Source: an uncultured Muribaculaceae bacterium
GTDB taxonomy: Bacteria > Bacteroidota > Bacteroidia > Bacteroidales > UBA932
Length of the DNA stretch: 64,000 nt
Direction: 5' to 3'
Assembly: GCA_964642235.1 (NCBI GenBank)
Contig: CAZXOP010000001.1
Coordinates: 17,497-81,496 of the forward strand
The notes under the pieces are model-generated. The model was not told the DNA's origin, made no database searches, and worked only from the letters and a program-made list of their open reading frames with translations. A program made the position numbers and the translations under genes. Numbering within the stretch: position 1 is the stretch's first letter; each line of letters starts with the position of its first letter. This document shows, piece after piece, positions 50,008-63,600 of this stretch.

Positions 50008-53000
50008 ATGAAAAGAATCAGACTTTTTTTAACGGGTCTATTGCTTGTAATGACTGCAAACTTATTTGCACAGAATCTACAAGTTACAGGAACTGTTACT
50101 GATGCATCTACAGGAGACCCAATTCCCTTCGCTTCCGTTCAAGTAAAGGGAACCATGGTTGGTACTGCAACAGACGACAATGGTAAGTATTCCATTTCTG
50201 TCTCAGCTAATGGTGTTCTAATTTTCAGCTCAGTAGGTTACACAAATGTTGAAACCCAAGTGATGAATCGCACTGTCATCAATGCAGCTCTGCCTGTTGA
50301 TGCTATTGCTTTGGAGGATGTTATCTTAGTTGCGTATGGAACAGCTAAGAAATCTTCTTTTACAGGGTCAGCAGTTTCTGTTTCCGGAGACAAAATTAAA
50401 AAGACACAAGTTTCTAACATCTCTAAAGCATTAGAGGGAGCTGTCCCTGGTCTTCAAACTGCAAGTAGCAGTGGTACTCCCGGTTCAGGTGCGAGTATTA
50501 TTATTCGTGGACTCGGTTCTATCTCTGCTTCTCAGTCTCCTCTTATAGTGGTTGACGGTGTTCCTTATGAAGGTTCATTGAACTCAATCCCTACTCAGGA
50601 TATTGAGAACCTTACAGTATTAAAGGATGCTGCCGCTAACTCTATGTACGGAGCCAGAGGTTCTAACGGAGTTATCCTAATTCAGACAAGACAGGCTAAA
50701 ACTGATGTTATTCAGGTCTCTTTTGAGGCTCGCGCCGGTGTTAACACAAGGGGAGTCCCTGCCTATAATATTATTACCAACCCTGCCGAATATTATGAGA
50801 TGATGTATGAATCTATCAGAAATTCACTCACAGAAGGTGGTGGAATGTCCCTTATGCAGGCTAATCTTTTTACTGCTGATAAACTTATAAGCAATTATCT
50901 TAAATATAACATCTATAAAGGTGTTGCGGACAATGCTCTTATCGACCCTTATACAGGGAAGATTAATCCTAATGCTAAAACCTTAAAATGGACAGACAAC
51001 TGGAGCACAGACCCTTTCCATAATGGTATTCGTCAGGAGTATAACCTTAATATACTCGGAGGTACTGAGAAGACTAAGGCTTATGCCTCTGTCTCATATC
51101 TTGGAGATGATGGTTATGTTTCTAACTCAGGTTTTAATAGAATAGCTGCCCGTGTTAAAATCGATCAGACTGTTAACAAATTCATTAAAGCAGGGGTAAA
51201 CCTCGCATACTCTAATACAGAGCAACAGACATTTGGTTCTGCAAGTTCTAACTATTCTAATATCTTTATGTTCTCCCAGAGCATTGGTCCTATCTATCCT
51301 ATCTATTTATATGATGCAGATGGACTTCCTCTTAAAGATGTAAATGGTAAAACTCGTTATGACTATGGTACTGAATATAATCGTCCTTATGCACAGGAGC
51401 AGAATCCACTCTCATCTTTAATAAATGGAGAGAGAAAGTATGTAAGGGATAATATCTCCTCAAGAGCTTATGTTGATTTTAATATAATGAAAGATCTTAA
51501 ATTCACAGTCAACATGGCTTATGACGTCTTCTTGGATACCAATACCGAGTTTACCACCCCTGTTGGAGGTGATGCAAAAGGTGTAGGTGGTAGAGGGTAT
51601 AAGACTTCAAGTAGATATGCAGCTCTTAACGCTAACCAGCTCCTTAGTTACTCTCCTACATTTGGCGACCATTCGATTAGTCTCCTTTTAGGACATGAGA
51701 ACAAACGTGATAACTCCAACTACTTAATGGGACACATGACCAATTTCGTAGATATTTATAACCCCGAATTTGCAAATGCTACTCTTTATCAGGATCTTAC
51801 TTCAAACACCTCAGAGTATGCGTTGGAGGGTTATTTCGGAAGAGCGGAGTATTCTTATAAAGACAGATATTATCTATCCGGTTCTTATCGTATGGATGCT
51901 TCGTCACGCTTTGCTCCGGATGTACGTTGGGGTAGTTTCTGGTCAGTGGGAGCTTCATGGAGAGTTACAGGAGAGGATTTCTTAAAAGGCTCAAATATCA
52001 TTAATAACTTAAAACTTAAAGCCAGTTATGGTACCCAAGGTAACGATAACATCGGTATGTCCAAAGTTTATCTTGACCTATATACCATCTCAAGAGTTAA
52101 CGGTAAAGCCGGTGTAAGTAAATCTTTCCGCGGAAACCCTGCTGTTACTTGGGAAAAGAGTACCAATATGAACGTCGGAATCGAAGCCGGTTTCTGGAAC
52201 AGAGTTAATATAGCTGCTGACTTCTTTATTAAGAAGACCACAGATATGATCTATTATCGTCCTCTTCCACCATCCGAAGGGAGTCCTTCTTCTAAGATAG
52301 TAAACGATATCGATATGAAGAATACCGGAGTTGAGTTTGAAATTTCAGTTGACGCTGTTAAGACAAGAGATATCAGATGGAATATCTCATTCAATGGTAC
52401 CACATATAAGAACGAACTTACCAAACTTCCTTCCGATAAAGACCCTAAGGGGTATCAGGCAGGTTCTTATTGGAGAAAATTAGGCGGTTCACTTTATGAT
52501 TATTATACATACCAGTGGGCAGGGGTTAACGAAGAGAATGGAAAACCTCAGTACAAGAAATATGTTAAAGATGCTGAAGGTAAAGAGACCGGAGAGATAG
52601 AACTTGTTAATAAGACCTCAGATGCCACTCTTAAGGAGGTAGGTAAATCCTCTATTCCTAAACTTTATGGAGGTATTACCACCACCCTTGATGCTTTTGG
52701 AGTTGATTTATCTATTTCAGGTGCATATCAGTATGGTGGGTATGTTTGGGATTCATTCTACTCTTCATTGATGAACCCAGGAGATGCCGGTAATAATATG
52801 CATACCGATATGTTCAACCGCTGGACAGTAAATAATAAAAAGACTGATGTTCCAAGACTTCTCTATCAAGATAGGGATGCTAATGCAAGTTGTGACAAAT
52901 GGTTAGTTACTGCTTCGTATTTCTCTTTAAGAAATGTTACCTTAGGATATACTATACCAAGTAAACTTACTAATAAAGTGGATATCCAAAGAGTAAGAAT

Positions 53001-53136
53001 ATATCTATCGGGAGACAATCTATGGCTCAAATCAGCTAGAAAAGGTCTTGACCCTCGTCAGTCATTTGATGGTGGTACAGGATATGTTTATTCTGCTTTA
53101 AGTACTTACTCAGTAGGTCTTAATATCGTATTCTAA
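50008..53136 (+). CDS. SusC/RagA-family TonB-dependent transporter (duplicate of 26151..29279)
   Basis: Translation identical to copy 1. Confidence 0.93.
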   Translation: MKRIRLFLTGLLLVMTANLFAQNLQVTGTVTDASTGDPIPFASVQVKGTMVGTATDDNGKYSISVSANGVLIFSSVGYTNVETQVMNRTVINAALPVDAIALEDVILVAYGTAKKSSFTGSAVSVSGDKIKKTQVSNISKALEGAVPGLQTASSSGTPGSGASIIIRGLGSISASQSPLIVVDGVPYEGSLNSIPTQDIENLTVLKDAAANSMYGARGSNGVILIQTRQAKTDVIQVSFEARAGVNTRGVPAYNIITNPAEYYEMMYESIRNSLTEGGGMSLMQANLFTADKLISNYLKYNIYKGVADNALIDPYTGKINPNAKTLKWTDNWSTDPFHNGIRQEYNLNILGGTEKTKAYASVSYLGDDGYVSNSGFNRIAARVKIDQTVNKFIKAGVNLAYSNTEQQTFGSASSNYSNIFMFSQSIGPIYPIYLYDADGLPLKDVNGKTRYDYGTEYNRPYAQEQNPLSSLINGERKYVRDNISSRAYVDFNIMKDLKFTVNMAYDVFLDTNTEFTTPVGGDAKGVGGRGYKTSSRYAALNANQLLSYSPTFGDHSISLLLGHENKRDNSNYLMGHMTNFVDIYNPEFANATLYQDLTSNTSEYALEGYFGRAEYSYKDRYYLSGSYRMDASSRFAPDVRWGSFWSVGASWRVTGEDFLKGSNIINNLKLKASYGTQGNDNIGMSKVYLDLYTISRVNGKAGVSKSFRGNPAVTWEKSTNMNVGIEAGFWNRVNIAADFFIKKTTDMIYYRPLPPSEGSPSSKIVNDIDMKNTGVEFEISVDAVKTRDIRWNISFNGTTYKNELTKLPSDKDPKGYQAGSYWRKLGGSLYDYYTYQWAGVNEENGKPQYKKYVKDAEGKETGEIELVNKTSDATLKEVGKSSIPKLYGGITTTLDAFGVDLSISGAYQYGGYVWDSFYSSLMNPGDAGNNMHTDMFNRWTVNNKKTDVPRLLYQDRDANASCDKWLVTASYFSLRNVTLGYTIPSKLTNKVDIQRVRIYLSGDNLWLKSARKGLDPRQSFDGGTGYVYSALSTYSVGLNIVF

Positions 53137-53164
53137 CTATTAACACTATAATTATACATAGAAA

Positions 53165-54661
53165 ATGAAAATAGTAAAATATATTTTATCGATACTAATA
53201 GGGATATCTATTCTATCATCTTGTACAAAAGATTATTTTGATACTAAGATAACGTCATATCTCGATAGTAACACAGCGGCGAGAATTGCCGCCTCAGATC
53301 CTAAAGCACTTGATGCTTATCTGCTTGGTTCTTTCTCCTTTTTAGTTAAGTTTAGTGTTTATGGCACAGGTGGTCATGATGACTTCGCTCACATGTCAGT
53401 AATGCACTCAACAGATTTAATGGGACAGGATATTGCTCTTTCTGCAGCTCACTGGTTTAACGGGGATTATAAACATGATAATCATGAGTTTAACTATCGT
53501 AGGACAGGGGTTAACTGGCTTACATATTATACCACTATTGCTAAAGCAAACGAGATTATAAGCTTTTTCCCTCAAGTTCCTGAACTTCCAGAGAGTAAAG
53601 GTGTTTTAGCTCATGGCTATGCACTAAGAGGTTTTGCATATTATTATCTTATCCAGCTTTATCAGCATACAACTGACGCATCAGGGAAACTTATTCTCAA
53701 CAAACCTGGTATTCCTATGATTTATAACCCTGTTGATGGTCTTACAGAAGATGAGATGAAGACAAGAAAGGGAAGGAATACTGTTAAGATGGTATTAGAT
53801 CAGATAGAGTCTGACTTGACTAAAGCTGTGGAGTTATTTGAAGCAGGTTATACCCGTCCTTCAAAGAACTATATTGACAAGTATGTTGCCAATGGTCTTT
53901 TAGCACGTTATTACCTCCTTACTCAGCAGTGGGCAAAAGCTGCCGCTGCAGCTAAGAAAGCTTATGCAGGTTCTACATTAGTTACTAATCAAAATGCTGA
54001 TTTCAATAACATTGAGGATAAGGAGTGGATGTGGGGTTATGATCATAATACTGAGTCTCAGACTACTTATGCCTCTTTCTTCTCTCATATCTCTAATAGA
54101 ACAAATGGATATGCAGGTCTTGGATATTCAGCACGTCTAATTGATAAAGCTCTTTATGATGCTATTCCCGATACAGATATCCGTAAAGCATGGTTTAACG
54201 GACCTGCAGGAAATCCTGCACAGGCTAGAACCGGAGCAAAACTCCCTTATGCTAACTTGAAATTTGGCTGGATAGATGGTTGGGTTATGGACTATATGTA
54301 TATGAGAGCCCCTGAGATGTATCTTATCGAAGCTGAAGCTCTTGTAAGACAGGGTAAAAATGCTGAAGCAGCTACTGCCATGACTCCTTTAATGAAAGTT
54401 CGCCAGCCGGGCTGGGCACTTGCATCAGTAACTTTAGATGATGTTCTTCTCCAGAGAAGGATAGAGTTATGGGGAGAAGGGTTCTGTATGTTTGATCTTA
54501 AACGCCTTGGAAAAGGAATTGATAGAAATTATGCCGGATCAAATCACCTAGCTGGTTTTAAAATCGCAGTGGCTCCCATGGCTAAGACTTGGATTTACCA
54601 GATTCCTCGTCAGGAAATGCAGGAGAATAAGGAGTTAAAAGATACGGATCAAAATGAATAA
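53165..54661 (+). CDS. SusD/RagB-family lipoprotein (duplicate of 29308..30804)
   Basis: Translation identical to copy 1. Confidence 0.92.
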   Translation: MKIVKYILSILIGISILSSCTKDYFDTKITSYLDSNTAARIAASDPKALDAYLLGSFSFLVKFSVYGTGGHDDFAHMSVMHSTDLMGQDIALSAAHWFNGDYKHDNHEFNYRRTGVNWLTYYTTIAKANEIISFFPQVPELPESKGVLAHGYALRGFAYYYLIQLYQHTTDASGKLILNKPGIPMIYNPVDGLTEDEMKTRKGRNTVKMVLDQIESDLTKAVELFEAGYTRPSKNYIDKYVANGLLARYYLLTQQWAKAAAAAKKAYAGSTLVTNQNADFNNIEDKEWMWGYDHNTESQTTYASFFSHISNRTNGYAGLGYSARLIDKALYDAIPDTDIRKAWFNGPAGNPAQARTGAKLPYANLKFGWIDGWVMDYMYMRAPEMYLIEAEALVRQGKNAEAATAMTPLMKVRQPGWALASVTLDDVLLQRRIELWGEGFCMFDLKRLGKGIDRNYAGSNHLAGFKIAVAPMAKTWIYQIPRQEMQENKELKDTDQNE

Positions 54662-55526
54662 TTTTAAAAAAAAGATGGTTATGAAAAATATATCTAAAAT
54701 TCTCTATTTAGGACTCATTTCGCTCTTTCTCTTCTCATCATGTGCCGAAAAGCCACTTGTTAAGGGTGAGGTCGAAAAGGGATTTTCCGGATCAGTTGCG
54801 AATATGCCTACATTATCCATTACAGGAGCTACCTTAGAGCCTGTTAAAGGTCAGATAGTTACTTGTACAGGTACTATTACCACCACAGGTGAGATTCGTG
54901 AAGTAGGTTTTGCTTATGCCAAAAAAGCCGATTTTTCAGATAAGAAAACTGCTACAGGGAAATTGACAGGGACTACTTTCACTGCTAATATTACTTTAGA
55001 GCCTCTAACTCAGTACTATATAAAAGCTTATGGTATTGTTAATGAAGGAGCCGCAGAAAGTGAAGGACAGAAGAGTGTAACTACTCCCGATCTTCCATTC
55101 TATGATAAAGTACTTGGTAACTTTAAAGGAAACATGAAGTCTGCTGCTTATGGAACTGCATACAATGGCTATACTATTTCTCTATTACCCTATAGTGCAG
55201 ACCTTGTAAATAAAGTTATAGTAGCTCATACAGATCCTTATTATTTCGGTAAAGGATATAAATATCCTAAGAATAACTTTGTTATAGGGACTATTGATGC
55301 TACTAATAAGACTGTTACTGTGACTGCTGGAGCACAAATGACTCTTGGAACTTTCGGAGTAGTAGCTGTTAATTCAGACAAATGGGCAGGAGCAACTAGA
55401 ATTTCAAACTGGGTTTTAACCTTTATCGATAATGTTACTTTTAAGGCTAATGCTTGGGGTACTTACGATTTAGACTCCAATGAATGGGATGATCAATATG
55501 AACTTGTAACTAATTTTAAGAAATAA
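54654..55526 (+). CDS. PUL-associated surface lipoprotein (duplicate of 30797..31669)
   Basis: Translation identical to copy 1. Confidence 0.6.
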   Translation: MNNFKKKMVMKNISKILYLGLISLFLFSSCAEKPLVKGEVEKGFSGSVANMPTLSITGATLEPVKGQIVTCTGTITTTGEIREVGFAYAKKADFSDKKTATGKLTGTTFTANITLEPLTQYYIKAYGIVNEGAAESEGQKSVTTPDLPFYDKVLGNFKGNMKSAAYGTAYNGYTISLLPYSADLVNKVIVAHTDPYYFGKGYKYPKNNFVIGTIDATNKTVTVTAGAQMTLGTFGVVAVNSDKWAGATRISNWVLTFIDNVTFKANAWGTYDLDSNEWDDQYELVTNFKK

Positions 55527-55584
55527 TTAGTTTAGGTTCTAATAATATTTGTGGGTGGTCAGTGTAAATTGACCACCCACTTTT

Positions 55585-56322
55585 TTATAATGAATATAAA
55601 ATTAAACTAAATAGAGTCTGTTTGATTTCATATTTATTGAAGCCGTTCCAGCTTGCGTCTCGCATCTTAGGTGTCTGCTGTTGTATGAGAGCCCCCTTAA
55701 TAATTACCCTCCCTCTCTCTCTAAGTGAATACTCTTTTTTTCTCCCATTTTTATATATAAGAGTAAATTCCGAATAGGTCCCTATCACCTCTCTTTCAGG
55801 GAGCATAAGAGAGAGATTCTCCTCCAATCCTAAAAGAGTGGGAGTACAGATAACGCTTTCACTTCCAACCCATCCCCTTACAGTAATATTTTTACTCTTA
55901 TTGACTGCGGTAACTTCACAGGCAACAGCCCCCCCTAAAAAATCAAAAGGAGAATAATAAAAAGTCTCTTTGGTTCTTATTAATACAGCATTTGGTAAAA
56001 ATTGCTCTACCTTAATATCCCAGTCCAATATTCTCCCTGTTACCCCATCTCCGGTAACCTCTACTTTCTCCGCATTATTTATCGGAAGTGCCCTCTTTTT
56101 AGTATTATCAATAATATAGAGTGAAGGGGGATTCTTATCTATAGTTAGAGTTGTTAACTTAATAACATAAGGAAGGAACACCTCTTTTCCACTTTTTGTT
56201 TTAGCTAAATAGACCCCTTCATCTAATGGAGAAGAGAGTGTTAATTTCCTGACAGGAAGGAAAAAGAAGATTATTAGAGAAGTGACTGCAATGAGCACTA
56301 TAGTTAGTTTTCTGGTTTTCAT
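55585..56322 (-). CDS. hypothetical membrane-anchored protein (duplicate of 31728..32465)
   Basis: Translation identical to copy 1. Confidence 0.55.
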   Translation of the reverse strand: MKTRKLTIVLIAVTSLIIFFFLPVRKLTLSSPLDEGVYLAKTKSGKEVFLPYVIKLTTLTIDKNPPSLYIIDNTKKRALPINNAEKVEVTGDGVTGRILDWDIKVEQFLPNAVLIRTKETFYYSPFDFLGGAVACEVTAVNKSKNITVRGWVGSESVICTPTLLGLEENLSLMLPEREVIGTYSEFTLIYKNGRKKEYSLRERGRVIIKGALIQQQTPKMRDASWNGFNKYEIKQTLFSLILYSL

Positions 56323-56393
56323 GATTTTATAAATTATGTTAAAACAAACACCCCCCAAAAGTTATTTTGAGGGGTGTTAATTAATTTAAGAAA

Positions 56394-59300
56394 TTACTCA
56401 TCTCTCTTTCGAGAAACCATTCTTTCGTAATCCTCTTTAGAGGCTACTATTAGACGGTCGTACTCCCTTAGTCCTGTACCTGCAGGGATAAGGTGACCAC
56501 AGATTACATTCTCTTTCAGACCTTCCAATGTGTCAACTTTTGCATGTATTGCTGCATCGCTTAATACTTTGGTGGTCTCCTGGAATGAGGCGGCTGACAT
56601 AAAGCTGTTAGTTCTAAGCGCTGCACGGGTTATCCCTTGCAGAACCTGATTTGAGGTAGCAGGAATGGCATCCCTTGCCTCAACAAGCTTCTTGTCCTGT
56701 CTCTTAAGGATAGAGTTTTCATCTCTGAGTTTCCTTAGAGTTACTATCTGTCCCGGTCTAAGCTCCTGAGAATCTCCTGCATCGAGGACAACTTTCTTAT
56801 CGAATACATTGTCGTTCTCTTGTGTAAATTCCCATTTATCGACTAACTGTTCAGGGAGGAAACGAGTGTCACCCGGATCTACGATTTCCACTTTTCTCAT
56901 CATTTGACGAACAATGATTTCAAAGTGTTTATCATTGATTTTCACCCCTTGCATACGGTAAACTTCTTGAATTTCGTTTACAATATACTCTTGAACTTTT
57001 ATAGGACCTTGAATAAGTAGGATATCAGTAGGGGAGATAGCTCCATCAGAGAGGGACATACCGGCTCTGATATAGTCGTTCTCCTGAACTAAAATCTGTT
57101 TTGATAGAGGAACGAGATATCTCTTTTCTTCTCCGGTTTTGGATTGGACGATAATCTCTCTGTTACCTCTTTTGATTTTACCCATTTGAACCTCACCATT
57201 AATTTCTGATACTACGGCAGGGTTTGAAGGATTTCTTGCTTCGAAAAGTTCGGTAACTCGAGGAAGACCTCCTGTGATATCACCGGATTTACCAATAGCT
57301 CTTGGAATCTTTACTATCACCTCGCCTGCTTTAACGGTTTGACCTATGTCCACCATAATGTGTGCACCTACGGGTAGGTTATAGGTTCTAAGCGCCGTAT
57401 TTCCACTCATAATTTTTAGAGTAGGGTTCTTAGACTTATCCCTCGACTCAATTATAACTTTTTCACGATGGAGAGAGAACTCATCAGTGGCCTCTTCTCT
57501 ATATGTAACTCCCTCAATAAAGCTATCGAATGCTACTTCTCCGGTTGTCTCTGTAATGGTAACTGCATTATAAGCATCCCATTCACATATTTTATCCCCC
57601 TTAGCAACAATAACCCCATTTTTCTGATAGAGCTTCGCCCCATAAGGGATATTATTGTGTGAGAGAACTATTCCGGTGTTTACATCCACGATGTTCATCT
57701 CGGCTGTACGTCCGATAACTATTTCGTGTTCTCCTTCATCATCAGTTTTGGTTACAGTCCTAAGTTCGTCGAACTCAAGACGACCATCGTAACGTGCTAT
57801 AATCTCACTCTCTGAAGCAATACTTGAAGCAGTACCCCCAACGTGGAAAGTTCTAAGTGTCAACTGTGTACCAGGCTCTCCGATGGATTGTGCTGCAATA
57901 ACTCCCACGACTTCTCCCTTCTCCACCATTCTTCCTGTGGCAAGATTTCTTCCGTAGCATTTTGCGCAAACACCCTTTTTGGACTCGCAAGTTAAAACCG
58001 AGCGAATTTCTACTTGTTCAATAGGTAAAGAGCTGATTAGAGAGGCGATATCCTCTGTTATCTCATCTCCTGCTTTAATTATAGAGGCCCCTGTAAGAGG
58101 GTTGTAGATATCATGCACAGATGTTCTACCTAAAATTCTCTCGTAAAGAGTCTCTACTATTTCATCTTTGTTTTTGATAGCAGTTGCCACCAATCCTCTT
58201 AATGTTCCGCAATCCTCTTCATTTATGATGACATCGTGAGATACATCGACTAAACGACGAGTTAAGTATCCGGCATCAGCAGTCTTTAAAGCTGTATCTG
58301 CAAGACCTTTACGGGCACCGTGAGTAGAAATAAAGTACTCAAGAACTGAAAGCCCTTCTTTAAAGTTGGAAAGGATAGGGTTCTCGATAATCTCAGATCC
58401 AACAGCACCTGATTTTTGAGGCTTTGCCATAAGACCACGCATACCGCAGAGCTGACGAATCTGCTCTTTGGAACCACGGGCTCCTGAGTCAAGCATCATA
58501 TATATAGGATTGAAACCTTGCTGGTCTTGCTCGATATTCTTGGTAACCATATTCGTAAGTCTCGAATTGGTGGTAGTCCAAATATCGATAATTTGATTGT
58601 ATCTTTCATTATTGGTTATCAAACCGAAGTTATAACTCTGCTGAATGGTTTCAACCTCTTTATAACCTGCTTCGATAAGGTCTGTTTTCTCCTTAGGAAC
58701 AATAACGTCTGCAAGATTGAAAGAGAGTCCCCCCTTGAAAGCCATCTTATATCCAATGTCTTTAATATCATCGAGGAACTGTGCGGTACGGGCTACTCCC
58801 GAAACTTTTACCACTGTTCCGATAATATCCCTAAGGGATTTTTTGGTAAGAATCTCATCTATATAACCAACCTCTTTTGGTACTACCTGATTAAAGATTA
58901 TCCTCCCTGTAGTGGTCTTATCTTTAGTTATATACCCTTTTGAGAGGTCATCTGCATCTTTAGGAACCCTTACAGATACTAATGCGTGGAGATCCACTTT
59001 CCCTTCATTATAAGCTATTATCGCCTCTTCAGCTCCATAGAATTTCATCCCTTCCCCTTTAACCCCCTTACGAGGTTTAGTTATATAGTAGAGACCAAGT
59101 ACCATGTCTTGTGAAGGAACGGTAATAGGTGCTCCGTTTGCAGGGTTAAGGATGTTATGTGAGCCTAACATTAATAATTGTGCTTCGAGTATAGCAGCAT
59201 TCCCAAGTGGGAGATGCACTGCCATCTGGTCACCGTCAAAGTCAGCGTTAAATGCAGTACAAGAGAGAGGATGTAGCTGTATAGCTTTTCCCTCTATCAA

Positions 59301-60656
59301 CTTAGGCTGGAAGGCTTGAATCCCGAGGCGGTGTAGGGTAGGGGCACGGTTGAGTAGAACCGGATGTCCTTTCATTACATTCTCAAGAATATCCCATATT
59401 ACAGGGTCTTTACGGTCAACAATCTTCTTGGCAGATTTTACTGTCTTTACAATCCCTCTTTCAATAAGTTTCCTGATAATAAAGGGTTTATAAAGCTCTG
59501 CAGCCATTAATTTTGGAAGTCCACATTCATGCATTTTAAGCTCAGGACCTACCACAATTACTGAACGGGCAGAGTAGTCAACCCTCTTTCCAAGAAGGTT
59601 TTGACGGAAACGACCTTGTTTCCCTTTAAGACTGTCAGATAGAGATTTAAGTGTTCTGTTAGCTTCTGTTTTGACTGCATTTGATTTGCGTGAGTTGTCA
59701 AAAAGTGAGTCAACAGCCTCCTGAAGCATACGTTTCTCATTACGGAGAATTACCTCGGGTGCTTTAATCTCTATGAGTCTTTTCAGACGATTGTTTCTTA
59801 TAATAACCCTACGATAGAGGTCATTTAAATCCGATGTTGCAAACCTTCCACCATCTAAAGGAACTAATGGTCTTAAGTCGGGAGGTGTTACAGGAACGAC
59901 CTTCATTATCATCCATTCGGGTTTGTTGAACTCTCCGGCTTCACGGAAGGCTTCGATGACACTTAATCTTTTAAGAGCATCAGCCTTACGTTGCTGTGAG
60001 GTCTCATTTTCGGTTTTGTGGCGAAGGTCATATGAAAGCTCATCTAAATTAATATTTTTAAGCATTGCATATATAGCCTCAGCACCCATTCCTGCTACAA
60101 ACTTATTAGGGTCTGTATCCTCTAACATTTGGTTCTCCCTTGGAAGATTATCGAGTACGGTAAGATACTCATCTTCAGTAAGTAGAGCCAATGCTTCTAT
60201 CCCTTGTTCTGCTGCGAGTCCGGGCTGTATTACGACATATCTTTCGTAATAAATAATAGACTCAAGTTTTTTTGATGGGATTCCGAGAAGGTATCCTATT
60301 TTATTTGGGGTTGAGCGGAAATACCAAATATGGGCTACGGGTACAGTAAGGGTTATATGCCCCATTCTCTCCCTGCGGACCTTCTTCTCTGTTACTTCCA
60401 CACCGCATCTGTCGCAGATGATTCCGCGATAGCGAATTCTTTTGTATTTTCCGCAGTGGCACTCATAGTCTTTGGAGGGTCCAAAAATCCTCTCGCAGAA
60501 GAGCCCGTCTCTTTCAGGTTTATATGTGCGGTAGTTAACCGTTTCAGGCTTAAGAACTTCCCCGGAGGATCTTTCGAGGATCTCTTCGGGAGAGGCTAAC
60601 CCAATGGTTATCCTATTGAAATTACTTTTAACCTTGATCTCTTTTTTAAAAGACAT
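56394..60656 (-). CDS. rpoC: DNA-directed RNA polymerase subunit beta' (second copy)
   Basis: 1420-aa translation identical to 32537..36799. Confidence 0.98.
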   Translation of the reverse strand: MSFKKEIKVKSNFNRITIGLASPEEILERSSGEVLKPETVNYRTYKPERDGLFCERIFGPSKDYECHCGKYKRIRYRGIICDRCGVEVTEKKVRRERMGHITLTVPVAHIWYFRSTPNKIGYLLGIPSKKLESIIYYERYVVIQPGLAAEQGIEALALLTEDEYLTVLDNLPRENQMLEDTDPNKFVAGMGAEAIYAMLKNINLDELSYDLRHKTENETSQQRKADALKRLSVIEAFREAGEFNKPEWMIMKVVPVTPPDLRPLVPLDGGRFATSDLNDLYRRVIIRNNRLKRLIEIKAPEVILRNEKRMLQEAVDSLFDNSRKSNAVKTEANRTLKSLSDSLKGKQGRFRQNLLGKRVDYSARSVIVVGPELKMHECGLPKLMAAELYKPFIIRKLIERGIVKTVKSAKKIVDRKDPVIWDILENVMKGHPVLLNRAPTLHRLGIQAFQPKLIEGKAIQLHPLSCTAFNADFDGDQMAVHLPLGNAAILEAQLLMLGSHNILNPANGAPITVPSQDMVLGLYYITKPRKGVKGEGMKFYGAEEAIIAYNEGKVDLHALVSVRVPKDADDLSKGYITKDKTTTGRIIFNQVVPKEVGYIDEILTKKSLRDIIGTVVKVSGVARTAQFLDDIKDIGYKMAFKGGLSFNLADVIVPKEKTDLIEAGYKEVETIQQSYNFGLITNNERYNQIIDIWTTTNSRLTNMVTKNIEQDQQGFNPIYMMLDSGARGSKEQIRQLCGMRGLMAKPQKSGAVGSEIIENPILSNFKEGLSVLEYFISTHGARKGLADTALKTADAGYLTRRLVDVSHDVIINEEDCGTLRGLVATAIKNKDEIVETLYERILGRTSVHDIYNPLTGASIIKAGDEITEDIASLISSLPIEQVEIRSVLTCESKKGVCAKCYGRNLATGRMVEKGEVVGVIAAQSIGEPGTQLTLRTFHVGGTASSIASESEIIARYDGRLEFDELRTVTKTDDEGEHEIVIGRTAEMNIVDVNTGIVLSHNNIPYGAKLYQKNGVIVAKGDKICEWDAYNAVTITETTGEVAFDSFIEGVTYREEATDEFSLHREKVIIESRDKSKNPTLKIMSGNTALRTYNLPVGAHIMVDIGQTVKAGEVIVKIPRAIGKSGDITGGLPRVTELFEARNPSNPAVVSEINGEVQMGKIKRGNREIIVQSKTGEEKRYLVPLSKQILVQENDYIRAGMSLSDGAISPTDILLIQGPIKVQEYIVNEIQEVYRMQGVKINDKHFEIIVRQMMRKVEIVDPGDTRFLPEQLVDKWEFTQENDNVFDKKVVLDAGDSQELRPGQIVTLRKLRDENSILKRQDKKLVEARDAIPATSNQVLQGITRAALRTNSFMSAASFQETTKVLSDAAIHAKVDTLEGLKENVICGHLIPAGTGLREYDRLIVASKEDYERMVSRKRDE

Positions 60657-60689
60657 ATTATTGATTTTTCAAATTATCAAAAACTCCAA

Positions 60690-63600
60690 TTAATCTAAGT
60701 GTATGCTTAGTCCAAGTCCACGAAGTTCGTGGAGAAGTACATTAAGGGATTCAGGAATACCGGGTGTCGGCATAGGGTCTCCTTTAACAATGGCTTCGTA
60801 AGCGCGTGAGCGTCCCACAACGTCATCAGATTTTATGGTAAGGATCTCCTGAAGAATATTTGATGCTCCGAATGCTTCAAGAGCCCAAACCTCCATTTCT
60901 CCGAATCTTTGTCCTCCGAATTGTGCTTTACCTCCAAGAGGTTGTTGGGTGATAAGAGAGTAAGGACCTATTGAACGGGCGTGCATCTTGTCGTCCACCA
61001 TGTGTCCAAGTTTAATCATATAGATTACCCCCACAGTAGCTGGCTGGTCAAATTGCTCTCCTGTTCCACCATCTCTCAAGAAAGTTCTTCCGTATTGTGG
61101 AATCCCTGCTTTTTCGGTATATTGTGTGATCTCGGTAAGAGTTGCTCCGTCAAAAATAGGGGTAGAGAACTTGATACCAAGCTCTTTACCTGCCCATCCA
61201 AGAACGGTCTCGTAAATCTGTCCAAGGTTCATACGGGAAGGAACACCAAGAGGATTTAATACTATATCCACAATGGTTCCATCTTCAAGGAATGGCATAT
61301 CTTCATCTCTAACGACTTTAGCTACTATCCCTTTATTACCATGGCGACCTGCCATTTTATCTCCAACTTTAACCTTTCTCTTTTTCGCAACATAAACTTT
61401 TGCAAGCTGCATAATACCGCTTGGAAGTTCATCTCCGATAGTAAGGTTATATTTTAGTCTTTTTAATTCGGCATCATACTCTTTATATGCTATCATATAA
61501 TTGTTTATGAGCTTTTTAATCTGACTGTTAGCATTCTTATCGGATGTCCATTTAGTAGGATTGATATTTTCGTAATCTATCCTTGAAAGAACATCAGGAG
61601 TGAAAGCGTCACCTTTAGGAACTATTTCAGCTCCATAGAGATCGCTAACTCCGCTACTCTTCTTATCAAAAGTCAGAATAGTAAGTTTATCGATAAATCT
61701 CCCTTTTAAGTCAGATGTCTTTTTATTAAAGTCATCTTCTACATGCTGGATTTGATTCTTAGCAGAGGATTTTCCACGCTTACTTCCCTCTTTTCCTACT
61801 CTTGCAAACAATCTCTTTCCGATAATAGTTCCTGAGAGAGAAGGAGTTGCTTTTAATGAAGCATCTTTAACATCTCCTGCTTTGTCTCCAAAGATCGCTC
61901 TAAGAAGTTTCTCTTCAGGGGAAGGATCGCTCTCTCCCTTAGGGGTAATTTTACCAATCAAAATATCTCCGGGCTCGATATTGGCACCAATACGGATAAT
62001 ACCGTTTTCGTCCAAATCTTTTGTAGCCTCTTCGCTAACATTAGGGATATCTGCAGTTAACTCCTCCATTCCGCGTTTAGTATCACGTACTTCCATGGCA
62101 TACTCGTCAACATGGATGGATGTGAAGATATCATCTCTTATTATTTTTTCAGATAAGACAATAGCATCCTCAAAGTTATACCCTTTCCAAGGCATAAATG
62201 CCACTTTCAGGTTCCTTCCAAGTGCAAGTTCTCCATTCTGGGTAGCGTAACCTTCGGTTAAGATCTGCCCTGCCTCTACCTTATCCCCTTTTCTTACAAT
62301 AGGTTTAAGGTGAATAGAGGTTGACTGGTTAGTTTTTCTATAAAGAGGAAGTTTATATACAGTAATATCTGAATTAAAGCTTACAAATTTCTCAGCATCG
62401 GTCTGCTCATATTTAATATGAATCTCTCTCCCATCAACAAAAACTACTTCTCCTTTCCTTTCAGCTACTATCTGTGTTCTTGAGTCACGAACAACCACTC
62501 CTTCAAGTCCTGTTCCCACGATAGGAGCTTCAGGTCTAATCAAAGGAACTGCTTGACGCATCATGTTAGATCCCATCAAGGCACGGTTTGCGTCGTCGTG
62601 TTCGAGGAAAGGGATAAGTGAAGCTGCAATGGAAGCTATCTGGTTAGGAGCAACGTCCATAAAGTGGACTTCCTCCTTAGTTACCACAGGGTAGTCTGCT
62701 TCGTAACGACATTTAATCCTTTCGTCAAGAATGTCACCTGTTTCGGCAAGATTAACGTTTGCCTGAGCAACCATCTTGTCCTCTTCAGCCTCAGCACTCA
62801 TATATTCATATCCGCTCGGAGTCATATCTACGATACCATCTTTAACTTTCCTATAAGGGGTTTCGATGAATCCAAGATCATTGATTTTAGCGTAAACACA
62901 GAGTGAAGAGATAAGACCGATATTAGGTCCTTCAGGGGTCTCAATAGGGCAGAGACGTCCGTAATGAGTATAATGCACGTCTCTAACTTCGAAACCTGCG
63001 CGATCTCTTGAAAGACCTCCCGGGCCTAATGCAGATAGACGACGTTTATGTGTCATCTCAGCTAAAGGATTTGTTTGGTCCATAAACTGAGAAAGCTGAC
63101 TTGTCCCAAAGAATGAATTAATTACAGAAGAGAGGGATTTGGCATTTATAAGGTCTGTAGGAACAAACACTTCATTATCCCTAACGTTCATTCTCTCTCT
63201 TATAGTACGTGCCATACGGGTGAGTCCTACGCTAAACTGGTTAGCAAGTTGCTCTCCCACAGTTCTGATTCTTCTATTACTTAGGTGGTCGATATCATCA
63301 ACACTTGCCTTAGAATTAATTAATTGAATCAGATATCTGATAATTTCTATAATGTCATCCTTAGTTAAAACTCTTACATCAGAAGAGGTGTTTAATTCCA
63401 ATTTCTGATTAAGACGATATCTTCCAACTTCTCCAAGGTCATACCTTTTATCTGAGAAGAAGAGTTTGTCTATGACATCTCTTGCAGTAGCTTCGTCTGG
63501 TGGTTCAGAGTTTCTTAACTGTCTGTAAGTGTAAAATACAGCCTCTTTTTCTGAGTTGCAGACATCCTTCTGCAATGTATTGTGAATTATAGCATAATCA